Shown here: in pieces, positions 1-8,112 of the stretch
Position numbering within the stretch: the first letter of the stretch is position 1
Layout of the letters: each line of letters starts with the position of its first letter
Virus record (IMG/VR): IMGVR_UViG_3300038701_002477
Coordinates: 1 to 37,540 of that record
Source: a virus
DNA length: 37,540 bases
Reading direction: 5' to 3' (one strand)
Program-made: the position numbers and the translations under genes
Notes under the pieces: model-generated
What the model was told of the DNA's origin: nothing
Databases searched by the model: none
Seen by the model: only the letters and a program-made list of their open reading frames with translations

Positions 1-127
1 CTTAATTTGCCCAATAGATAAAGAAGTTAAATATATAGGCGTAACGTGTCATAAAAATCCTAAAAATATTATGAGTTATCATTTATCTGATAAACCTATA
101 AGCGGAGTTGGTTATTCAAAAAAAATG
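1..127. repeat. Terminal direct repeat, copy 1 (identical to 37414..37540)
   Basis: Read directly: bases 1-127 match 37414-37540 base for base. This implies a unique genome length of 37,413 bp. 127 nt is also a common assembler k-mer, so it may be a circularisation overlap rather than a physical repeat. Confidence 0.95.
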
Positions 128-508
128 AAATGGATACAAAGCCTAAAAAAATTAAAAAAAGAACCAATACAAGAGATAATTGAAGAGGTTCCAGAAAAAA
201 TAAAAAATATAAGAAAGCAGTATTGGATAAATCATTATGACACCATTAATAAGTGCAATGGAATGAAGGCCCCTTCAAAAAACAGAGAAAAGGTAAGAAC
301 TGGATGTAGGGAAAAAGATCTTGCATTTAAGATAGAAATAAGAGTATCTGAATTTGAAAAAAACAGAATTAAATGGCTTGCAAAAAAATATGCAAATGGG
401 AATATGTCACTCTATATGATTTACCATGCTATGAATGCGCCAAGAAAGAATATAAACCCTGAATATATCGAAGAGTTTTCAAAGAGAAGAAATAAAAAAG
501 GGGACTAA
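71..508 (+). CDS. Ribbon-helix-helix (MobC/CopG-like) DNA-binding protein, putative regulator
   Basis: This is the only long plus-strand ORF that is not antisense to a larger gene. Its C-terminal segment KIEIRVSEFEKNRIKWLAKKYANGNMSLYMIYHAMN has the strand-helix-helix pattern of RHH/MobC proteins. The stop codon sits in the loop of a GC hairpin terminator. Confidence 0.55.
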   Translation: MSYHLSDKPISGVGYSKKMKWIQSLKKLKKEPIQEIIEEVPEKIKNIRKQYWINHYDTINKCNGMKAPSKNREKVRTGCREKDLAFKIEIRVSEFEKNRIKWLAKKYANGNMSLYMIYHAMNAPRKNINPEYIEEFSKRRNKKGD

Positions 509-523
509 GTCCCCTTCTTTTAT
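500..523. terminator. Bidirectional rho-independent terminator between convergent genes
   Basis: GGGGAC-TAA-GTCCCC hairpin at 500-514. It is followed by TTCTTTTAT on the plus strand and by TTTTTTATTT on the minus strand. It lies between the ends of 71..508 (+) and 550..1455 (-). Confidence 0.8.
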
Positions 524-549
524 ATGAGAGACGCTACCTCATTTAATCC

Positions 550-1455
550 CTAAGGAATGGTAGGCTCAACATGTCTAATCTTAAATACACCATCAGCAAC
601 TGAGTCATACATAAGCTTAACGGTTACTTCAGCAGGCGAATAAGTGTTTCTTGCCATACCTAGTGGAAGCCCTGCTGCCTTACATCTTAGAGCGTCGATT
701 TCAAACATTTCACCAGTTGATTGTTTGGCGGCCATAATAATAGCACCAAACTCTGGAAAGTTTTGATCTGCTCTTTTTCCGATTGTAACATCCATTGACC
801 CATTGTTTGGCGGTCTAACTTCAAAAGTTGCAGTATCACCAACTGCACCAGCAGTTTCAAGGTCAACCGTCCCTGATCCACCAGTTAGATCTAATCCAAA
901 GCCAGGAATGGTTACAGTTGCACTTGAGTCGGGTATCGTTAGTGCAGATGCAGTTATTTTTAGAATATCATTTTGATATTCTCCGTTAGTTCCCCTGCCA
1001 ATATCAGCATCAGAAGAATAATAAACGTCAACTGTTGTGGCCGAGATAACTTCGACAACATACTTACCAAATTTCAAATCGGATTCAGATCCAGATTTTA
1101 CAACTACTGAAGCAATACCAGTTGTTGCATTTACAACTGTTCCTTTTTTGTCTGTAAGAGTTGTAACTGATCCAGATGCTTCTGCACTATTTGCTGTTGG
1201 AGCGTTACCAGCGAAAAGCTCAAAAACAAAATCAGGGTACTCTGAAAAAGATAAACTCATTTCAGCGGTCATTGAACCAACTTCAGTTGACCAGTCAAAC
1301 TTATTGGAACCACCCTGCAAGCTGATAAGCTCACCAGTTAACCCAACGCTTGAGTTTTCCAAAACCCTTAATTCTCCGTAAAACTTACCTGTTGTTCTGT
1401 TGTAAGGTGACATGCTATGAATGCCAAAAATTGATCTAGGTGCAGATAATGCCAT
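550..1455 (-). CDS. Putative major tail (tube) protein
   Basis: 301-aa ORF, the last gene of the head/connector operon. In transcription order it directly precedes the G/GT chaperone pair and tape measure, and a strong terminator follows it. The call is positional only; no motif was recognised. Confidence 0.5.
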   Translation of the reverse strand: MALSAPRSIFGIHSMSPYNRTTGKFYGELRVLENSSVGLTGELISLQGGSNKFDWSTEVGSMTAEMSLSFSEYPDFVFELFAGNAPTANSAEASGSVTTLTDKKGTVVNATTGIASVVVKSGSESDLKFGKYVVEVISATTVDVYYSSDADIGRGTNGEYQNDILKITASALTIPDSSATVTIPGFGLDLTGGSGTVDLETAGAVGDTATFEVRPPNNGSMDVTIGKRADQNFPEFGAIIMAAKQSTGEMFEIDALRCKAAGLPLGMARNTYSPAEVTVKLMYDSVADGVFKIRHVEPTIP

Positions 1456-1474
1456 TTCTATACTTCCTTGTTAA

Positions 1475-1948
1475 TTATGCTAAATTCAACTCAAGTTCTA
1501 TTCCTATTGCTTTATAAGTTGCGCTGGAATCAAGCGCTTCAAATGGTACAACTGTTGATCTTGATATACCTATTCTAGTTGAAGAATTCGCAATTTGCCA
1601 ATTATCTTCAAAAATTTCTTTCATCGCTCTAGAGTATCGGAACATTATTTGATTAATATTGTTTCGACCATTATCAGATAATACAATTACAACTGATATA
1701 AATATTCTCTCTGAGTTTTGTGGGCCATTATTTGATGGAACTATATTTTCAATGCCATAGGCTATAAATGGATCAAAATTTGCTATTGAGTCATTAAGGG
1801 ACTGAAGAAAGAAAGCATTAGCATTTAACTCAGGTAGTATAATACCATCATTTTTTTCAGTGCTTAACGCTGTTAATTTATTATTGAAATTGTTAATAAC
1901 AATGTTCTTAACATCTTCTAATAGCTCTTCAAAATCATGCCTGGCCAT
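1475..1948 (-). CDS. Hypothetical structural protein (position of tail terminator / tail completion protein)
   Basis: 157-aa ORF between the Mu G/gp10-like gene and the putative tube gene. Its start abuts the upstream stop. No motif was recognised. Confidence 0.4.
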   Translation of the reverse strand: MARHDFEELLEDVKNIVINNFNNKLTALSTEKNDGIILPELNANAFFLQSLNDSIANFDPFIAYGIENIVPSNNGPQNSERIFISVVIVLSDNGRNNINQIMFRYSRAMKEIFEDNWQIANSSTRIGISRSTVVPFEALDSSATYKAIGIELELNLA

Positions 1949-2463
1949 TAAATCTTTTTCCCTGGAGTTTGTTGGGTTATAAAATCATCAAGCCTATCAA
2001 TCCATGCTTTTCTTCTCATGTTGATTTGCCTTGTTGCGACCTGCTCAGCACCTAATAATACCACTGGTCTAGCTGGCATCTTTGCTGTTCCTTTGTGAAG
2101 GAAAATAGGATACGGGGCGCCCCTCTTGCTTGTCACTCTAGTACCTAAGATCATATCCTTTTTAGTTATTCGTTGCACTGAATCACCACTAGTTGGATCG
2201 GTCATTGATCTTGCAAGCTTTCCACCTGCAAGAAGTATAGGATAAACAAAGCCATGTCTTGCTTTTTTTGCTTTTTTATATTGATCCGAAAGATCCTTGT
2301 ATTTACCTCTGCTTTTTCTACCTGGATCAAATATCGAGCGATTACTTTTAAACCACTCAGCGGCCATAAGCTTAAATACAGGGCCTAAATCATCAACGCC
2401 TCTTCTTGCCCTATTAATGGCATTTCCAAGCTCGTTATTTGGATCAAATTCATACTTGGCCAT
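1948..2463 (-). CDS. Virion morphogenesis / head-tail joining protein (Mu gpG or HK97 gp10-like)
   Basis: The C-terminal region GTRVTSKRGAPYPIFLHKGTAKMPARPVV resembles the conserved end of the Mu G / HK97 gp10 families. The gene sits in the connector module. Confidence 0.5.
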   Translation of the reverse strand: MAKYEFDPNNELGNAINRARRGVDDLGPVFKLMAAEWFKSNRSIFDPGRKSRGKYKDLSDQYKKAKKARHGFVYPILLAGGKLARSMTDPTSGDSVQRITKKDMILGTRVTSKRGAPYPIFLHKGTAKMPARPVVLLGAEQVATRQINMRRKAWIDRLDDFITQQTPGKKI

Positions 2464-2466
2464 ATA

Positions 2467-2898
2467 TCACCATTGAGCTTTTGTCTGATCAAATTTTCTG
2501 CATACTGTATTATCTTGAGAGTATGACCTTACACCGCCATGGGAAGTTGACTTAGTTGCATCTGATAAGATTAGCTGCCTATTAACAATCATATCAAGCC
2601 TTTTTTCGGCTTTCTCAATCAAGTCTTTAGGAATGTATTGATCACCCTTTGGCGTTATTGATTTTGTTTCAAGCACTCTTGATATTCTTTGAGCTACAAG
2701 GCCAACAGATATTTCTTTTAATACTTTTAGAGACTCTGTTGCAGTTACAGGGGTAGAATAAACAAGGCCAATACGTCCATTAATGTAAGCATCGGCCTGA
2801 TCAATCCACTCGTCAATTTTTGCTGTTGTTATACGGCCATTAGTCGTATCAATGTTCTTAAATTCATCTATTACATCTGTATTTAAGGAATAGGCCAT
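2467..2898 (-). CDS. Head-tail connector / head completion protein (DUF1320 or gp6-like)
   Basis: The N-terminal pattern MAYSL..D....KIDEWIDQADAYINGRIGLVYSTP is typical of DUF1320/gp6-type adaptors. The gene lies downstream of the capsid genes. Confidence 0.45.
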   Translation of the reverse strand: MAYSLNTDVIDEFKNIDTTNGRITTAKIDEWIDQADAYINGRIGLVYSTPVTATESLKVLKEISVGLVAQRISRVLETKSITPKGDQYIPKDLIEKAEKRLDMIVNRQLILSDATKSTSHGGVRSYSQDNTVCRKFDQTKAQW

Positions 2899-3212
2899 TA
2901 TTTTTCTTCATTGCTGCTATTTTTCTTTTTTTCTTCTTCTTGAAGTTTTTTTAATTCAGCTTCCTCTTCTTCTTCAAGACGCTTTAATTCAGCTTCTTCT
3001 TCAAGACGCTTCTTTTCTTTTTCTTCTTCTTCTTTTGAATCTTCTTTTCCTAGAACATGGAAAAACCCTTGATCAAAAAGCTCTCTTCCAAACTTTTTAC
3101 CGATTTTATCTTTGTCATCTTCGGTTAAAATGTCGCCAACTTTTTTCTTAACGCCATTACAAGAGAAGTTTCTAAGTACTTTAATTTTTTCTTTCATGAT
3201 TACTCCAGGCAA
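2898..3212 (-). CDS. Hypothetical protein with an extremely Glu/Lys-rich C-terminal half
   Basis: The ORF is in the structural operon. The likelier start is the ATG at 3197 (MKEKIK), preceded by GGAG. The C-terminus contains KRLEEE..AEL twice, encoded by a duplicated stretch of about 27 nt. Confidence 0.5.
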   Translation of the reverse strand: MPGVIMKEKIKVLRNFSCNGVKKKVGDILTEDDKDKIGKKFGRELFDQGFFHVLGKEDSKEEEEKEKKRLEEEAELKRLEEEEEAELKKLQEEEKKKNSSNEEK

Positions 3213-3880
3213 CTTGAGTTAAAATTCTGGAAAAAGAATATTTCAAAATCATTTGATCCATTCATAGTTCCATCAAAATCAGCGGTATTTCCCTCAACAT
3301 CATCAACATCAATTGCCATTGTTGCTCTTGTTGATTCATACGCGCCTGCAACTGTACTAAATAGCAAGTGACCAGCAGCCCCTAGACACCTCTTTAGCCC
3401 TAGCTTTTCTCCGTACCCAATATCCCATGTTGCACCGTATGGAGAGTCCTCGCAAGAGGCAGGGAAAACAACGCTTGTAACTGTAGAAAAAGCTTTCGAC
3501 CCTGTTGTTGCACTAGAAGCATTTTCAGCAAAAGTAAATGTTTCAGAGATTGAAACTCCAGCAATGTTGGTTCCATTTACGACAACATCACACGCTGCAA
3601 CATCAGCAGTGGTGCCTGTTGGAGTCATAACCAAATTTCTTGGAACATCTGGTTGAGCTACAAAAGTTGAAACTGTTGCAGCAGCAGCACTGCTAGGCCC
3701 ATCTTCATCTACCAAGACTTCATTAGTCCCTGCAGCAGCAGGATTTGTAATAGTCTGCTTTTCAATCATTTGCTGAGTTGGCAGCTTGATATCTCGTCTT
3801 TGTCTATCTTCTACCAAAGAAAATGCTTGCGTTGCCACAAGCATGATCGTTAGTAGGATAAATGATTTAAAAAATCTCAT
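3200..3880 (-). CDS. Hypothetical protein with a predicted Sec signal peptide, located in the head module
   Basis: The N-terminus MRFFKSFILLTIMLVATQAFS/LVED has a basic n-region, a hydrophobic core and an A-x-S cleavage-like site. The rest is Ala/Thr/Ser/Val-rich and looks beta-rich. The gene lies between the major capsid and connector genes. Confidence 0.6.
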   Translation of the reverse strand: MRFFKSFILLTIMLVATQAFSLVEDRQRRDIKLPTQQMIEKQTITNPAAAGTNEVLVDEDGPSSAAAATVSTFVAQPDVPRNLVMTPTGTTADVAACDVVVNGTNIAGVSISETFTFAENASSATTGSKAFSTVTSVVFPASCEDSPYGATWDIGYGEKLGLKRCLGAAGHLLFSTVAGAYESTRATMAIDVDDVEGNTADFDGTMNGSNDFEIFFFQNFNSSCLE

Positions 3881-3903
3881 CTTATATCCTTGTTAAATTA
3901 TTA

Positions 3904-4839
3904 TTAAGCAATAGCATTCTTAACTAAGTAACCAGCATTTACATTTGTGATTACAAAGTCATAATGATCATCAACTAAAATAGCTTTTGAGTTTGGTGGG
4001 TTATTTTTATTCCACTTAAAAACTCTTCTTGGCTTTCTTCCTGCCATTTTAAAGCAATAACCGAAAGAAGTTTGTCGCTTCATTGCTTTTTCAGGCATTT
4101 TAGCAAACCAAAGGTGCTTGCCCCAAATTGAAGCTAGTGAGCTTGTTTGACCTTTGTTAGCTGACTCGTAAGAAGCTAAACCAATCATAACTCTCTTAAC
4201 TTTTAGAACGCTTGCAAGCTCTTGATCATTTAGACCGCCTGGTCTATTTTGCTTGAATCCAAGCGCGTCAAGAATTTGAGGATGGTATCTAAGTTGCTCA
4301 GCAACGTCCCAACTCATCCAAGCTAAATCAGGTGGGGCGCCACATCCGTCTTTAACAGCTTGGCGACCAGTAATAAAATCATCAATAGGATCTGAATTTG
4401 CATAATCCGACCATTGACTTTGACCTGATAAAGTTGTGTTTTGTGTTACGATTCCAGTATCTGCAAGAGTATCTGCAAGAGACTTTTCTTTTCCGACCAT
4501 AATTGTACTTGTAAGCCCTAATGTTTCATCAGCTTCTGCATCATAAGGCTTTTCAACATTATCATAATCATCTTCAGTAACTAGACCTTCAAGACCATGT
4601 CCTTCAATTGAGTATGAAGTCGAGCTTCTTACTTGCGTGCTAATTCTTGGATACTCACCAGCGCCACCGATAATATCTTGAACAACTCTTAAATGGTCAT
4701 TCCCATATTTTGCAAGCTTACCTGTTTTTTGAACAGATGGAACCGTTGGGAATAATGATTCAGAAATAAACCCTTCTGGGATATACATACTTGAAACATT
4801 TGTTAAAAGTTTATCAATAATTGCTTTTTGTTGACTCAT
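3904..4839 (-). CDS. Major capsid protein (HK97-fold, lambda E / Mu T-like)
   Basis: 311 aa. It directly follows the protease-scaffold and DUF2190-like genes, as in Mu-like head modules. A strong AGGA-type RBS lies upstream. The size and composition are typical. Confidence 0.7.
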   Translation of the reverse strand: MSQQKAIIDKLLTNVSSMYIPEGFISESLFPTVPSVQKTGKLAKYGNDHLRVVQDIIGGAGEYPRISTQVRSSTSYSIEGHGLEGLVTEDDYDNVEKPYDAEADETLGLTSTIMVGKEKSLADTLADTGIVTQNTTLSGQSQWSDYANSDPIDDFITGRQAVKDGCGAPPDLAWMSWDVAEQLRYHPQILDALGFKQNRPGGLNDQELASVLKVKRVMIGLASYESANKGQTSSLASIWGKHLWFAKMPEKAMKRQTSFGYCFKMAGRKPRRVFKWNKNNPPNSKAILVDDHYDFVITNVNAGYLVKNAIA

Positions 4840-4871
4840 TTATTCTTTCCTTGAAAAAGTTTATATTCTAA

Positions 4872-5258
4872 TTAAGCATCCGAGCTTACTGCTTCAGTTG
4901 GAGCGACTACCTCAACATAGAAAACATCACCAGATGCAGCGCCTTCATAGGCAACAGCTCCGTAAAATTCCCCTGCTGCGTCAACAACTTCGCCTTGTCC
5001 ATCAGCGTCTGATGTTACAAGCTTTCCTGCTGCAATTGCTTCGCCTGCTTTAAGCAGACCACCACCACCAGGAAGGGCAACTTCTCCAAAATCACCTGCT
5101 GCAAGAGTATCTTCGCCTTGGTAAATACCAATGGCCTTTTCGTTGGCATCACACTCTTCCATCTGGCCATCCACACTAGACCACTTCACATATCTGTAAG
5201 GTCTAATTACTCCGGCCGCCTTGAAAGTTTTTAATCTTGGGGTTGAAATCGCTGACAT
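4872..5258 (-). CDS. DUF2190-like small head protein (possible decoration/cement protein)
   Basis: 128 aa and Gly/Ala-rich, with the pattern AGD.G.VALPGGGGLLKAGEAIAAGKLVTSDADG. It sits directly upstream of the major capsid gene, the usual DUF2190 position. Confidence 0.55.
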   Translation of the reverse strand: MSAISTPRLKTFKAAGVIRPYRYVKWSSVDGQMEECDANEKAIGIYQGEDTLAAGDFGEVALPGGGGLLKAGEAIAAGKLVTSDADGQGEVVDAAGEFYGAVAYEGAASGDVFYVEVVAPTEAVSSDA

Positions 5259-5311
5259 ATTATTTTTCCTTGTTATTAATTATTCTTATTTATTTTCTCT
5301 TTAAAATCAAA

Positions 5312-6325
5312 TTATTCTTCAGTTTCTTTTTTATATTTTTCTGCAAGCTCTGAGTTTTCAGAAAGAACTAGACTAATTCCCTCACCTAGATCAACTCCAT
5401 CTTCCTTAACTTTTTTCTCAGCTAAAGAAATGACTTCATCTTGTGCAGGCGTGTCTGTTTTTGGAGAGTTTTTATTATCTCCGTTGTTTGTTCCATCGCC
5501 TTTTTCACTGAAGTTTAAAGTTTTAGGATCAACAGCATTCTTAACAAATTCGGCCATATCACCCTTGATATAAGCTTCTCTTTGAGCTTCAACTGCCTTG
5601 CCTTCAGATAACATAGTATCAAACTCAGCTTTCTTTTCATTTTCAATCTTTTCTTTTTCAATTTTTTCTTCAGAAAGCTTAACTGCTTTTTCTTTTTCAG
5701 CAAGTTTTTCTTCACGCTCTTTTAGGGCAGATTCGCTAAGGTTTTTATCTTTTTCAGCAAGTTTTTCCTTAAGCTCTTTATTTTCTTTTTTCATTTCTTC
5801 AAGCTCTTTTTTCATTTCTTCTAATGTCATTCCATATTCCTTGTTATTGTTTTTATCTTCAGATAATACCGTTGGATTCATATTCTTTACAACTGGTCTA
5901 TTTGTCAAGCCTGCCCCTAATAATGTAGGGCCATACTCTTTTAAGGATTCATTATCCTTATATGCAAAATTAAAATCTGCTGAAACATATCTATATTTTT
6001 TCTTTCTAACTGAATCCGCGCCTGTTTCAGTCCAGTCAACTTTTGCCCATAACTCACTGCCGTTTTCAGATAAGTATAATTCTTGGAACCAAGCTGCTGC
6101 CTCGCCTTCAGAATTATGAGAATAATCGAGCATAATATCTATGCCCCTTACGTTATTCTTAAAATTATCGCGCATTGTTTTAAGATCTTTCTTAGTTATC
6201 TGGACTGGTTGACCCTCATGAAAAAAGGTTCCGACTCTCAATATTTGAATGTCATCTGAGATTTGCTCAGGCCCAGTAAAAAAGTTCTCGTGGAACTTAA
6301 TAGGATTTGATCTGTAAGGTATCAC
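5312..6325 (-). CDS. Prohead protease (Mu gpI-like) fused to a coiled-coil scaffold domain
   Basis: The N-terminal 150 aa or so (ILRVGTFFH....DIMLDYSHNSEGEAAAWF...YVSADF) resemble Mu-like prophage protease I. The C-terminal half is a long Glu/Lys heptad coiled coil, typical of scaffolding domains. Confidence 0.65.
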   Translation of the reverse strand: MIPYRSNPIKFHENFFTGPEQISDDIQILRVGTFFHEGQPVQITKKDLKTMRDNFKNNVRGIDIMLDYSHNSEGEAAAWFQELYLSENGSELWAKVDWTETGADSVRKKKYRYVSADFNFAYKDNESLKEYGPTLLGAGLTNRPVVKNMNPTVLSEDKNNNKEYGMTLEEMKKELEEMKKENKELKEKLAEKDKNLSESALKEREEKLAEKEKAVKLSEEKIEKEKIENEKKAEFDTMLSEGKAVEAQREAYIKGDMAEFVKNAVDPKTLNFSEKGDGTNNGDNKNSPKTDTPAQDEVISLAEKKVKEDGVDLGEGISLVLSENSELAEKYKKETEE

Positions 6326-6367
6326 TTATTAAATCTTAGAATACTTTTCTTCAACGTCAAGATTTTT

Positions 6368-7237
6368 TTATAAATTAATTTGGCATTTCTCTTGACATTC
6401 ATGAGTATAAGCATCGGATATGTCATGAAATTGAATTGATTTCTTTCCAGTTTTTGTTACTTGAGAGTCAAGACTTGATACTTTTGAATTCTTTTTTAAT
6501 TTAAGAATAGGTCTAATCCATGATTTGCAATTATAGTGAAGCGGTGGGGTATATCTAAAAGCATTTGGATCATCTTTTCTAAAAATGGTTCCAGCAAGGT
6601 CACTACATATCGGGCTAACTGGATCACCATTGATAAATTCATAGGCCTCAATTTCTTCTGATACTTCACTATTAAATAGAAATTCTGATCTAGTTTGGTT
6701 TACAATATTTGCCGCCATAACAGCAGATCCGGCTTGAATTGCATTTCCTGTAATATATGATTCTGCTTTATCGTCTAGATCAAACTTTATTTCATCAATG
6801 TTTTTCCCTGATGCAAGCGAAGAGGTATATTGAAAATAAATTGCTTTTTCCAGATCAGATATCTGAGTTGATACAGTTAGATCAGTTGACGTTTTCACTT
6901 TCTTTCTTAGTTTTGGCGGTAAATTATCAAACTCTCCGAATAACAATCTTTCTTCATTTTCCATCAGCTTAATTTTCTTTTTATTTGGAACTTCTTTTCT
7001 TGCTTGATCTAAAGACTCAGAAGAAATAACCGCCAAGGAAGCAAGTAAGTCAGATTTGTAATTTTGCAGGCCACTTGCTTTTATATTCCTAATTGCATTT
7101 ATCATATTTGACTTAGTTGCTTTTTTTGCGTTTCTAATTATTTTGCTTATTATCGAATCAGCAATTACAGCTAGATTTAGCTGCATTACTTCTTGAATAA
7201 CTTCTTTAGATTTACTTATTTGCTTATCTGGCCTCAT
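6368..7237 (-). CDS. Minor head protein, Mu F / SPP1 gp7 family
   Basis: The C-terminal motif PPLHYNCKSWIRPI matches the conserved PP.H.NC(R/K)C signature of Phage_Mu_F. The gene is downstream of the portal region. Confidence 0.75.
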   Translation of the reverse strand: MRPDKQISKSKEVIQEVMQLNLAVIADSIISKIIRNAKKATKSNMINAIRNIKASGLQNYKSDLLASLAVISSESLDQARKEVPNKKKIKLMENEERLLFGEFDNLPPKLRKKVKTSTDLTVSTQISDLEKAIYFQYTSSLASGKNIDEIKFDLDDKAESYITGNAIQAGSAVMAANIVNQTRSEFLFNSEVSEEIEAYEFINGDPVSPICSDLAGTIFRKDDPNAFRYTPPLHYNCKSWIRPILKLKKNSKVSSLDSQVTKTGKKSIQFHDISDAYTHECQEKCQINL

Positions 7238-8112
7238 TAGCTAACAACCTTTGCAAGATAACCTTGGATAGAACCAGACACATCACGACTAGCTGAGTCT
7301 GAAACTGCAATAAGCCTAACATCTGAATTTTTAGGGACTATTAAATATGGTTTAAAATTATATATACCTGTTCCAGCATTACTACAAGAAACGTCGTCCA
7401 CTTCTCTAAAAACTTTTCCGTTTAACCTTACTTGCAACTCTACATCAGCATAAGAGTTTGCTTTTTCTAACAAGGAACCTCTAAAACCTGTAATAATCCA
7501 ATAATCAATATTTGAAATTGACGTTGAAGCTTTCCTAGATTGATTTGTGCCAGCAGGAACAGTTAAGTGAATCTTAGTTGTATCACTTGGCTTTCCAGCA
7601 GATAGGCCTGTATTTTGATAAGCATATATCTCGCCAACAAAATCAACTGATCCTTGGTTGAATCCTCTTGTGCATCTATTTAGCGGAGTAGTCAACGGAA
7701 CCCTTGTTCTTCCTTGAAGTGTTACAGTTTGAACAACAAATACTTTCTCATTTCCTGATTCTGTATGGCCCTCAATTGTTATTTCTTTATCTACGTCTGA
7801 AGTACTAGATGAAGAAACTGAGTCTATTGGATTAGTATTTGCTGCTGCATAAGTTTCATTGGCCTCGTCTTGCCCTGTATACCAAATTGTATAACCACCT
7901 GATCCACTTCCAACATTTTGGTTTCTACCATATTTCAGTAAGGCCTTATTTTTTGAAGCAACAGAAACAACATCACCATAGTCAGCAAAGATTCTTTCTA
8001 TTGCATATTGAATTTCGAATTCATCATCAACAGAAGTATAAACCTTTAGTGCAGATTTAGCTGAACTGAAAGTTCTTCTAAATATTTGACGTAAAGAGTC
8101 TCCAAAGCTCAT
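7237..8112 (-). CDS. Hypothetical beta-rich virion-module protein inserted between the portal and MuF genes
   Basis: 291-aa ORF, coupled by an ATGA overlap to the portal stop and by a TAATG overlap to the MuF start. No motif was recognised. Confidence 0.6.
   Translation of the reverse strand: MSFGDSLRQIFRRTFSSAKSALKVYTSVDDEFEIQYAIERIFADYGDVVSVASKNKALLKYGRNQNVGSGSGGYTIWYTGQDEANETYAAANTNPIDSVSSSSTSDVDKEITIEGHTESGNEKVFVVQTVTLQGRTRVPLTTPLNRCTRGFNQGSVDFVGEIYAYQNTGLSAGKPSDTTKIHLTVPAGTNQSRKASTSISNIDYWIITGFRGSLLEKANSYADVELQVRLNGKVFREVDDVSCSNAGTGIYNFKPYLIVPKNSDVRLIAVSDSASRDVSGSIQGYLAKVVS

Noticed and set aside
1-127. Treating the 127-bp terminal repeat as a true physical direct terminal repeat of the virion DNA.
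   Set aside because: An exact overlap of 127 nt equals a widely used maximum assembler k-mer and cuts through the middle of an ORF (71..508). It is more parsimonious to read it as evidence of circular closure of the assembly. The real termini need read-level analysis.
1037-1381. Plus-strand ORFs lying antisense to long minus-strand genes. Examples: 1037..1381, 5598..6119, 6757..6972, 7839..8060, 8178..8508, 8895..9194, 9978..10175, 10980..11204, 11397..11591, 12064..12300, 14563..14775, 16775..16966, 17392..17637, 18707..18889, 19114..19323, 20180..20410, 21699..21968, 22323..22667, 22759..23016, 25933..26172, 33152..33469, 34674..34859, 35116..35343, 36148..36395 and 37043..37366.
   Set aside because: Each lies wholly inside a better-supported gene on the opposite strand that has recognisable motifs or operon context. 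Their products are low-complexity Ser/Leu/Phe-rich mirror translations, and they lack RBS and start context. I treat them as shadow ORFs.
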